A DNA stretch of 64,000 bases from Cyanophora paradoxa CCMP329. Taxonomy: Eukaryota; Plantae; Glaucophyta. The stretch lies in NCBI GenBank assembly GCA_004431415.1, contig QPMI01000034.1, forward strand, positions 30,753 to 94,752. The letters run 5' to 3'. Position 1 is the stretch's first letter. Each line of letters starts with the position of its first letter. Below are positions 22,205-32,315 of the stretch, piece by piece. The position numbers and the translations under genes are program-made. Below the pieces are notes generated by a model that was not told where the DNA came from, did no database searches, and saw only the letters and a list, made by a program, of their open reading frames with translations.

Positions 22205-24810
22205 ATGGGGCACGCACAGAGCGCCATTGGGCGGGCGTTCGACGCGACGGCGCGCACGGTCTTCAAAGGGCGCAAGATCCGCGTGGTCATGGTCCGCTTC
22301 GCGCCCTCTGCCTGCGGCGTCCGCCCCCGATCCGCGCCCTATAGCTGGGCCTCCGCCGATGCAGCGTCGCGGCACGTACGCGCGCCTAGTCTCCGCTCAC
22401 GCTTCCCCGGGCGCAGGTCGGCCTGGACTCGGTACGCGGACATATGCCCCTGCGTGTGCCGTCGACGTCCTGCGCCAATGCATGTCCTGCGCCAATGCAT
22501 ATCGGCATGACCGGTACCGCCGACTCCACGCCTAGATCTAGATCTGTGTGGGGCGCCGATGCTGGCCTGCCGGCCGCGGGCCATAGCTAAGCGCTCCTGC
22601 AGGGAGGGAAGTCGACGGTGCGGCGCCGACGCGTCTGGCCAGCGCCACAGCGCGCGGTCCGGCGCGCGCGAGGGCCGCGGACATTCTGATTTGGCTTGGC
22701 GGGCGGCGGTGCGCGCGCAGGTGCTGTACCGGTTGAAGCTCGGCGAGATCGTCACGACGATTCCGACGTGAGGGCGCCGGCTCGGGGCGCGGCCGGGCCC
22801 CCCCGTCGCCGACGCTCCGCGGCGCGCGGGGGCGGCAGGATCGGCTTCAACGTGGAGGAGGCGAAGGCGGACGGCGTGACGGTCACCTCGTGGGACATCA
22901 GCACCCGCGGCACCGTCCGCCCGCCCCGCCCCAGCGTCGGCCTCGCCGCCGATCGCTGCCCGCTCCCCTGCGCGGCCCGCAGATCCGGCCCCTGTGGTGC
23001 GCCCCTCCCCCCCCCCCCCCTTCCCCCCCCCTCCCAAAGCCGGGGCGGGGATGGACGCGCGGGGGGGCAGGCGGTACTACTTCAACGGGGTGGCGGCGCT
23101 CATCTACGTGGTGGACGCCACCGACCGCGACCGCCTCGCCGCCTCCCTCGACGAGCTCTTCAGGCGCGCCCGCCCCGGCGCCCCCGCCCCGCGCCGCCGG
23201 CCCCTGAGGCAGCGGGCGGGGGGGTAGGGTGCTCTCGGAGGTGGAGCTTGAGCAAGCAGTGCTGACAGTCTTCTGCAACAAGCGCGACGTCCCGCGCTCC
23301 ATGACAGGCGACGAGCTCCGCGCCAGGCCCGCCCCCGCGCCCCCGCGCGCCCTCTGGCGGGGGCCGGGGCTCACGCGCCGGGGGCCGCAGGATGGAGGAG
23401 CGGGAGGAGCGGCAGCTGCGGGACCTGCGGGGGCGGCCGTGGCGGGTCTTCGAGACGGTGGCGACGACGGGCGCCGGCATCAAGGAGGCCCTCGAGTGGA
23501 CCGCCGACGCCGTCGCCCGCCAGCTCGTCCGCACCCCCCGCCCCCCGCCCAGCCCCGCCCGCCCCTCAGCCGGCCCCGCCGGCGCAGGCGGCGGAGCAGG
23601 GGGCGGCGGAGGGCGTCGGGGGCGTGCAGCGCCTCACGGAGAAGCAGCTCGGCCTGCCGCCCCTCGTCGCCGTCCGCCCCGCCCCGCCCCGCCCCGGGCC
23701 TCTTCCCGCGCCCCACCGACGGGCCGCAGCGGGGGGACCCGACGACGGAGACGGCGGCGCAGGCGGCGCAGGCCATCGACGAGTCCCGCCGCCGCACCCG
23801 TGCCAACTTCGCCCCGGGGTCCGCCCCGCCCCGCCGCTCGCGCCCTCCCCGGCCCGTCCAAGCCCGGCTCGACCGCCGGGCTGCGGGCAGGTGGTTCCGG
23901 GACTTCGAGGCGAGCAACGGGAAGACGGACGGGCAGCTACGGGAAGACTTCGAGCAGGGCCGCCTCACCTACGACACCCTCGGCCACGGCACCATGGTCC
24001 CCGCCCCCCGCCGCCCCAGGCCCGCCCCGGCCGACGCGCCGCAGATCCGCGTGATGTGGATGCTGCTCTCCGAGTCGGCGGCGGAGCGGGCGGAGAAGGG
24101 CCAGGGGCGGCGGCGCGCCGTGGACGCGATCCTCGGGGGCGTGGAGGCGGCGCACCGGCGCTCGGGCCTCGTCTTCCACCTGACCCTCACCTACTTCTGG
24201 CTCCAGCTCGTCGACCTCGCCGTCCACTCCCCGCCCCACGCCCCGTCCGCCCCGCCCCTCCCCCCTCCTGCTGCCCGCCTCGGCCGACGCCCCCGGGGCC
24301 GCCCGGCGCAGGGGCAAGGAGGAGGAGGACGCGGCGCGGGCCGAGCAGCTGCAGCTCGAGGCCCGCGCCGCCCCACCCGCCCGCCGGCCCGCCGGATCCG
24401 AGCTGAGCGGCCGGCGCGCGCAGGCGGCGTGCGAGGCGGAGCCGCACATGGCCGCCTTCCGGCGCTTCCTCGTCGCCAACCGCTTCCTCGCCGACGACGT
24501 GCCCCGCCTCCTCCCCCGCTCCCGCCCCCGGCCCCCGGCCCCCCGGCCCCGCGCGCTCAGCTTTCCCTCCAGGGCCTGCCGGTCAGCTTCTACTCGCACG
24601 AGCTGATCTTCCGGGACCCGCGCTCCCCCGCCGAGTTCGTCCTCCCCGACCTCAGGGTACCCCCCGCCCCGCCCCTCCCACGGCCCCTCCCACGGCCTCG
24701 AGCCTCGACGGCGGGCGTGACGGGGCGCGCAGCCCCTCCCCTCCATCCTCTCCTTCAGCCGCAAAACCCTCCTCCGCCCGCCCCGCCGCCTCCCCGCCAA
24801 GCCCGCCTGA
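22205..24810 (+). CDS. ARF/ARL-family small GTPase fused to a C-terminal helical domain
   Basis: MG start, GLDS/GGKST P-loop, TTIPT/IGFNVE, WDIS, YVVDATDRDR, NKRD, VATTGAGI. It continues into FHLTLTYFWLQLV...FYSHELIF...EFVLPDLR/PLP; stop at 24808-24810. Confidence 0.85.
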
Positions 24811-24991
24811 CCCGAGCTCGGAGCGCCGCCCGCCCGCCCCCGCCCGGGCCCCATCCCCCAGCAACGAGAATGCTTGCGCGCGTCTGTTGGCAAGAGCACA
24901 CAGGGAAGAGGGGCCTGGGAGACTCGAAAGTTCGGGGTGCGCGGTGGGAAGAGGGAAGGGTGCAGGGGAGAAGGGCAGGGCGCAGGGGGTG

Positions 24992-27014
24992 TTAGAAGGC
25001 GCGGGAGATGTCGTCGGCGGCGGCGAGGTAGTCGGCGAGCTCGCGCTGGACGACGGTCTCCGTGAACTCGGGGAAGTCCCCGAAGAAGGGGTGCCGCAGC
25101 AGGTCGGCCGCCGTCACCGCCCCGCCGGCCTCCCCGCGGCACGCCCGCAGGATGTGGGCCAGCACAGGGCTCACCCCCAGCTCCCCGATCCCCGGCAGCT
25201 CCGGCCGCGCGCGCGCCGCCCGCTCCGCCGCCGCCGCCTCCTTGCGCCGCCCCGCCTCCGTCACCTTCTTCGCCTCCTCCGCCGCCCGCGCCGCCAGCCG
25301 GTTCGCCGACGCCGCGGGGGCCGCCGCGCCCGCCTTCGTGGGCCAGCGGCGCGCCGCCTCGCCCTCCCACTCCTCGTCCTCCTCCTCCTCGCCGGCCCAG
25401 AGGCCGTAGACGTGCGCGGGGGCCCGTGGTAGACCGAGTGCGGCGGGAAGGAGCTGCGCGCGGCGGCGGCGCCGGGGCCGGAGGCGGGCGGGCCCCGGGC
25501 CGCGCCAGCCGGAGCCGGGCTGCGGGGCGGGGGCGGGGGCGCCGGGGCGCTTGGGGACGACGCCGGAGAGCATGGAGACGAGGAGGTCGGCGAACTGGCG
25601 CAGCAGCGCCCCCTCCATCTGCCGCGCGAAGAGCTGCCCCTCGGGGCCCATCCCGGGCGCGTTCCGCCCGGGCCGCTCGGGGCCCCACGCCAGGTTGCGG
25701 AGGGTGAGGCGCCAGCCGCCGCCGGAGATCCAGACGGAGGCGGGGCCGACGGGCCGCTGGAGGGTCAGCGTGCAGCGCCCGAGGAGGTCGTCGAGGGCGC
25801 GGAGGAGCTCGCGGGCCCAGAAGCGGAAGAGGATCTGGTCCTCGGGGATGGGCCCGCCGCGGCGGAGGAGGGCGGCGAGGGAGCGGGAGGCGGGGAGGTG
25901 CTCGGTGAAGAAGAGGACGGCGCTCGGGTCCGTGACGTCGTCCGAGCCGAGGTAGCGGGGCACGCGCGGCGAGAGCGCCAGCTGCCGGTGCGCGTCGAAC
26001 GTCCGGAACACCGCGCACGACACGTGGTACGGCACCTGCCCGCCCCGCGCCAGGTCGGGCCCGCGCCGGCGGGGCGGGGCGGGCGGGGCGGGGGGCGCGC
26101 ACGCCGACGCGGGGGACGCGGAGGATCTCGACCTTGATGCCGCTGTCGGTGGCGGAGCCGGCGACGCGCTGCATCCCGTGCTCCATCTCCGCCAGCACCA
26201 CCGGCTTCTTGTCCCGGTCCCGGTAGAACGCCTCCCGCACCTGGCCCCGCCCCCTCGCCATCGGCGGCCGCCCGCGCCGCCGCCCGGGCGGGGGCGCACC
26301 TGGTAGCGGCCGAACTCGGCGTCGATCTCGGCGGCGTGGCGGCGCTGGTAGGCGAACGGGTCGGGCGGGAGCACGCTCGACGGGCCGTCCCCGCGCTTCT
26401 GCTCCTCGTCCGCCGCCGGCCGCAGGCGGTCCCAGAAGAAGAGCCGGTTCTCCTCGTCCTCCAGGCGCTGCTGGCCGGGCGCCTTCCCGCCGTCGGAGAT
26501 CGCCGCGTGGATGTCGCCACCGGCGTTGCGTATGCCCTGCACCAGCGCCAGCACCTGCTCCGCCGTCGCCTCGTCCATCTGCTCGATCTTCCACGCGTGC
26601 ACCATGTCCGCCACGTCCTGCGCGGCGCTCGGCTCGCGCGGCCGAGGGGGCGGGTCGGCGGGCAGGAGTCACCTGGGCTCGCTCGAGGCAGTCCCCAAGC
26701 AGCCTGGCGCATGCCTTCGAGTAGTCGCGGTTGTAGCGGTGCATGAGCAGCTCAAGGAAGACGTTCCAAGTAAACATCTCCCGCGGCTTGCGCCCCGTCC
26801 ACAGCTTCAGCAGGTCCACGCGGTCGCTCTCCAGGATCTTGCCGTGCTGCTGCAGCAGGTCCACGAAGGCCGCCCAGTGAGCGTCCGTGGAGAGGGCCTC
26901 CATCCCGCCCGCGGCGCGTCGGAACAGCTCTCGGATGGGCTCCAGAGCGTCCCTCATCCCGCCGGAAGGCGCTCCGGGCGCGTGCTCCGCTGGGGGCGCG
27001 CTGGCAGCGAGCAT
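24992..27014 (-). CDS. Protein-kinase-fold protein, probably a pseudokinase
   Basis: Kinase-like segments RVPRYLGS, LFFTEHL...SLAALL, FWARELLRALDDL and TAADLLRHPFF. The HRD and DFG positions read approximately QRP and NLA. Confidence 0.65.
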
Positions 27015-27100
27015 TTTTTTTGAACTGAGGCGCGCCCAACGGCCCTAGCTGCGGCTGCTCAAAGAGCCAGTTGCCTACGCCTGTCTACTGAATAAGCGTG

Positions 27101-27183
27101 GCCGCGAGGCTGGGCGTCGCTCGCTGGCTGGGCGGTTCAAACACAAGAGCACGCGGGTTCGACTCGGGCCCGTGGCACATTTT
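27101..27183 (+). pseudogene. Degenerate tRNA-like sequence
   Basis: GCCGCG...CGTGGCA ends can pair over 77 nt, with a B-box GGTTCGACTC and then TTTT. The D, anticodon and T stems do not pair properly. Confidence 0.3.
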
Positions 27184-27268
27184 CGTGGCGGGCAGAACGC
27201 CGGCGCCCGTGAATGAGGAGGCCCTGACGCGCACTATCGTAGTACGGAGAAGTGATCGACAAAGAAGC

Positions 27269-30200
27269 ATGGCGAAGCCAGGTACACGCACGTCCCCCTC
27301 GCGCCCGGCCGCCCCCGCGGAAACTCGGCGTCAGGTCATCTGGTCGCCGTCGTGGTGAGCGGAGACAGTCCAAGCAAAGTCGGTGCGACGGTCGCCCGAT
27401 CGGCCGCTTATGAAATCGACCCGAATTCGCGTCGCAGGCGCGTCAGAGCCGCCCACAACGACGACGTACGAACATCCGTTGCGTAGGATGTTTCAATCGC
27501 GCGTTGACCCCTCTGCGCAGCTCGCCCGCGACGTCGCCTGGTGAGACGGCAACCGGCTCTTCGCTGTCGTCAGCACCGGCGACCGTACGTCGTCGCTATC
27601 GTCATAAGTGCCACAGAAGAGCGATCGTATTGACGCCGCGCGCGCCCGCGCAAGCAGGACGCCGCCCCCGGTCCCCCGCATGCAACCCCTGCAGCTGGCG
27701 ACGAGGATCCATTGGCGAGCTTGAAGCGCAGGCTGCACGGGTTCTCGCAGAACCTAGGTGAGCACGCGCGCGTAACACGCCAACGAGACACGCTCACGGG
27801 CTTGCCAGAGTCTGTTGTGCTCAACACGAGCTCGATCGTCCCGCGCTTGAATGCGGCGTCCAGCTCCCAGCAGCTGCGTCCCAAGTCGCCCGGCCTGAGC
27901 ACGCACTCTTCATCTTCATTCTACTCGGTGACTGGATCTGCGAGCTCCCCAACAGCCTCCGGATTGCGTGCGTCACGAGTGGCGCCATGCAGTTCTGCGC
28001 GCCCAAGCCGCGCCGCGCAGGGTCGACCTCGTGGAGCGGGAACCTGGGGTCCTCGCTCAGCGCTCAGATGGCGCCCACGGCGCCGCCGCCGTCGCCGATC
28101 AACCCACCAGCAGCGACGCAGCCGGCGCCATCCGCGCCGCAGCCGGCGGCCCCGGCGTCGCCGGAGCGGCCGGCGCCGACGGCCCCGGCGCCGACGGTGG
28201 AGGACGTGTCGCTGGCGCCGGCGATGGGCGCGACGACGCCGCTGCCGCCGCCGGAGGCGACGTCGATGGCGCACTCGGCGCCGGTGACGCCGATGCTGGG
28301 GCCGCTGAACGTGCCGCGGGAGGCGGAGCGGACGCACTCGGAGTCGCAGGGGGAGGCGCCGGCGGTGCACGAGGTGAAGGCGGGGGACACGCTGGCCGGC
28401 ATCGCCCTGCACCACGGCCTTTCCAAGGGCGAGCTCATGCGCACCAACCGCCTCTTCTCCGAGCACGTCTACCGCGGCCAGGCACGCCCGCCCCCCGCCG
28501 ACCGGCGGCCTCGGCGCCGGCTGACGCGGGGCGGCAGATCCTGTTCGTCCCGCGGGGGCGCCGGAAAGAGTCGTCGGCGGAGGCGGCGGCCATCGAGGCC
28601 TCGCTCGCCGCCCGCCAGGCCCGCGCCTCCGACGGCGGCGGCACCCCGCGCCTCCGGCCCCGCACCCCGACGGGGGTCCGCCCCCTCCTCCCGCGCCCCC
28701 GCCGCGTTCTCGGCGGGAGGGGCTCTGACGCGGGGCCGCAGTCGAGCGTGTCGGAGCGGGTGCTGCGGCCGGTCGGGGAGACGCCGAGCCTGCTGTCGCT
28801 GCGGGGCATCGAGGGCGGGCTGCCGGGGACGGAGAGCCCGGCGGAGGAGGCGCCGCCCGAGTCGCACGACATCACCTTCATCAACTCGGCGTGCCCCTCC
28901 CCGCCCCGCCACCGCCACCGCCAGCGCCGCCACCACTCCATGCGCCACCGCCGCCGCACCTCGCGCGAGCGCGCCGCCCTCGCCGACATCTTCGGGCCGG
29001 GCGCCGTCCTGGAGAGCTCCAGCGGCAGCGGCGGCGAGTCGCCCAGCGGCTCCGACGCCTCCTACAACTCGGCCCCGGAGACCGACCCGAACGCCCCGGG
29101 GCGGCCCTTCCGGCGGCACCCCTCGTTCCTCTCGCAGCTCGACAAGGCCGCCCTCGCCGCCGCGGGGGGCCTCCACCACGCCGCCTCGAACCCCGCGGCG
29201 CCGGCGACGCGGGGCGGCGGGCGGGGCGACGTCTGGAAGGGGGCAAGCGTGATCTTCTGCCCGGCGGAGGACGCGCAGGTCAAGGGCGTCCTCACCGTCT
29301 CGCCGACCCTCGTCATCTTCGAGGCCCGCCGCCCCGCCCGGTGCCCGGCCCTCCGCGCGCCCCTGACGCGCCGCGCAGCCGTACGAGCACGACAGCGTCG
29401 TCCGCGAGCGCGGCCTCGTCAGCAGCCAGGCCCGCCCCGCCCCGCCCCGCCCCCGCCCCCGCCCCCGCCCCGGCGGCTGACGCGCACGGGGGCGGCAGGT
29501 CTGCATGGACGCGGCGTCGATCGTGCGGGTGCGGCTGGTGCAGGGCCCGCCGGCGGCGGAGGACTGGGCGGCGCTGCGGCGGCGGATGCCGCCGGCGGGG
29601 ATGGAGGCGGGGGAGCCCGAGGCGCCGGCGGAGGGCCCCGAGTACGACGGGAGCAGCACGAGCGGCGGCGACCCGAGCATCACCCGCAGCAGCGGCGACC
29701 CCTCCATCAACAAGCGCGCCCCCGAGGCCGCCGCCGCCGGCCACCTCGCCGACGTTGCCGAGGAGGGCGGCGCCGGCTCCGGCGGGGAGGAGGTGGAGAT
29801 GGAGCGGGGCGGGCGGGGCCGGGAGCGGCTCCTCTCGACGGGGGCCGGCGTGAGCGGCCTCTCGTCGAACGCCGCCGCCGACGCCGACCACTTTATCGCC
29901 ACCCACGGCGAGGTCTCCTTCGCCCCGCGCCCCGCCCACACGCCCCAGCTCCACCCAGCCCCCGCCCCCGCCGCCCCCGCCCCGCCCCCTCGACATCCCG
30001 CCCACGCCGCAGCTCTCCGCCTCGCCGCCCCCCTCGCCGCGCCAGGGCGGCCCCGCCCCGCACCCCGCGGCCGAGGCGCACCTTGGGACGCTCCACACGC
30101 ACCCGCCGGCGGCCACGCGCTCCCGGGGCGGGCCAAGATGGTCCCCGCGCCCCGCCCCCGGTCGTCCCGCTGCAGCCCGAGCGCATGCTCTGGCTCTGCC

Positions 30201-31577
30201 TCGCCTGGCGGGGCGCCCCGGGGCCCTCCCCCCCGCCCCCCGCCCCCGGGGGCGGGAAGCGCCCGCAGAGCCCGACCTTCTACGCCTTCTTCGCCGGCGT
30301 CCAGCAGACGTGCGCCCGCCCCCGCCCCGCCGCCCGCCCGCCCCGCCTCTGCCGCGCGGACCGAGGCGGCGGGCAGGATGCTGGAGGCGTACACGGCGCT
30401 CTGGGCGGTCGTGGACGACGCGTGCCGCCGGCGGAGCCTGCGCGCCGCGCGGCGGCAGCGGGCCGACTCGGGGCCGGCCGAGAAGAAGCCCGAGCGGGAG
30501 CGGGAGAAGGCGCGGCGCTCGCTGGACCTGCCGGCCAAGGAGGCGCCGCCGCCGCCGCGGGAGACGGGCGGGGCGGGGAGCGCGGCGGCCCGGGCGCTGC
30601 TGAGCGCGCCGCACGTGCCGCTCCTCTCCGACAAGTCCTCCGCCATCAACCCCGACATCGCCGCCCAGGCGCCACCCCCCCCCCCCCCCCCCCCCCGCCC
30701 GCCCCGCCCGGCACCCGCCCCCCGCCCCCGCTGATCCCCCGGCGGCCCCTCCCGCAGATCGGGCAGCGGCTGCCGAAACGGTACCAGGGGGCGGACTGGC
30801 ACCTGCTGTACAGCACGGAGAAGCACGGGATCTCGCTGAAGACGTTCTACGCGCGGACGGACGACATGGGCCCGACGGTGCTGGTCGTCCGGGACCGCAC
30901 CGGGGGCGTCTTCGGGGCCTTCTGCGCGGAGAGCTGGCAGATCTCCCCCAAGTACTTCGGCGGCGGCGAGGCCTTCCTCTGGGTCCTCCGGCGCCCCGCC
31001 CCCGACGCCCCCGCCCCCGCCAAGCCCCGCGTCGAGGCCCGCCCCCGCCCCCCGCCGCCCCCGCCCCCGCCGGCGCGGCTGACGGGGAGGCAGGTGTTCG
31101 GGTGGAGCCACAAGAACGAGTACTTCCAGCTCGGCAAGGAGGACTCCCTCGCCATCGGCGCCGGGTCCGCCCCGCCCTCCCGCGCCCTTGCGGCCCGCCC
31201 CCGCCCCGCCTCACGGTCCGCGCAGGGGCCACTTCGGCCTCTGGGTCGACGCCGAGTTCGAGAACGGTGCGCCGCCGCTCCCCGGGGGGCGATCCCCTTC
31301 CCGCCCCGCCCCGCGGGCCTGAGCCGGCCGCGCCGGCAGGCACGAGCGGCGCGTGCGACACCTTCGACTCCCCGCCCCTCGCCTCCACGACCGAGTTCCA
31401 GGCCCGCCCCGCCCCGCCCCGCCGGATCGTGGAGCCGGCCGTCCGCTGAGGCCGCGACAGATTGTCACGTTCGAGGCGTGGGGCTTCCGGGACAGGCCCA
31501 TCCACAACGCCTCCCTGCGCGCCGCCCTCCGCGCACAGCAGACCAGCCTCGGCTTTGGCGGCGGGCGTCGGCGGTAG
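27269..31577 (+). CDS. OXR1: OXR1/NCOA7-like LysM-GRAM-TLDc protein
   Basis: LysM HEVKAGDTLAGIALHHGLSKGELMRTNRL; GRAM-like VKGVLTVSPTLVIFE; TLDc WHLLYSTEKHGISLKTFY, GGVFGAF, YFGGGEAFLW, LAIGAG/GHFGLWVD, CDTFDSPPL, FEAWGF. About 18 introns. Confidence 0.9.
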
Positions 31578-32150
31578 ATCTTGAGGTCGTGTAAATGAAG
31601 TGCATGCGCATGGGAAAGGTGTCGTAGAGCTCGCAAAGTCGCGGGAGCGAGTTTAACGAAAGCTGCGAAATTCAGCCTGCCCCCCCCCCCCCCCCCCCCC
31701 CCCCGCCTTCCCTTGCAGGGATACAGCATATGCACCGCATGTCCGCGGCCGTACCGATCTGTTATCCGCTGCACTCGGTCGCGCGAGGACAAGTCCTGGA
31801 TGCCCTGTGACGTTGACGCGCGCAGTCGGCGAGCGCCGCGTCGAGGGGCTTGAGCTCGTCGGAAAAGTTTCCATCGATAGAGCGCGCCGCGGGAGCAGCG
31901 CCTCGCTCACTCGGCTGAGCGCTTGAGGTGCCGGGCTCAGACGCCCATCCCCGCCCGGCTGTCCGATGCTGACGCCTGGTGGTCGCACTGCATGTTGCAG
32001 CAGCACGCGCCCAGGAACTTCTCAAGGTGCTTCTCCAGCTCTGCCCGCGCCCCCCGCCTTCGTCAGACCGCACGCGCGCGGCAGCTCATGCAGCACGAGA
32101 TAACGCACCCGCGAAGCCGTGCGCGTAGCGGCAGGCGCCGCCTGAGTAGG

Positions 32151-32304
32151 CCGCTGAGGGGGGATCAAACTGCAGCTTCGCCGGAACGCCAGCGCAGCTC
32201 CGAAGCACTTGCCATAGCCGCCGAGTGGCCACATAGCGGCGCAACCACCGTAAGCTCGTGACAAGTCGTGTGTCTTGAGTGCAGCCAGGCTAGCTAGCTG
32301 ATCG
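32151..32304 (-). repeat. About 150-bp dispersed element, copy 2 (inverted relative to copy 1)
   Basis: Reverse complement of 16209-16354 apart from a 7-nt insertion, a 1-nt indel and a substitution. Confidence 0.9.
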
Positions 32305-32315
32305 CTGCGGGCGCG

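Noticed and set aside
27101-27177. Selenocysteine tRNA (TTCAAA present)
   Set aside because: There is no anticodon stem around TCA, no long variable arm and no proper D or T stems.
27310-27435. RNase P/MRP RNA-like words (GGAAACTCGG ... CCGAATTC)
   Set aside because: They are too close together, pair imperfectly, and lie in introns of the TLDc gene.
31935-32150. Minus-strand CCCH-like fragment (ACRYAHGFAELEKHL)
   Set aside because: Upstream cysteines and a credible start are missing and it stops soon afterwards. At best it is a fragment.
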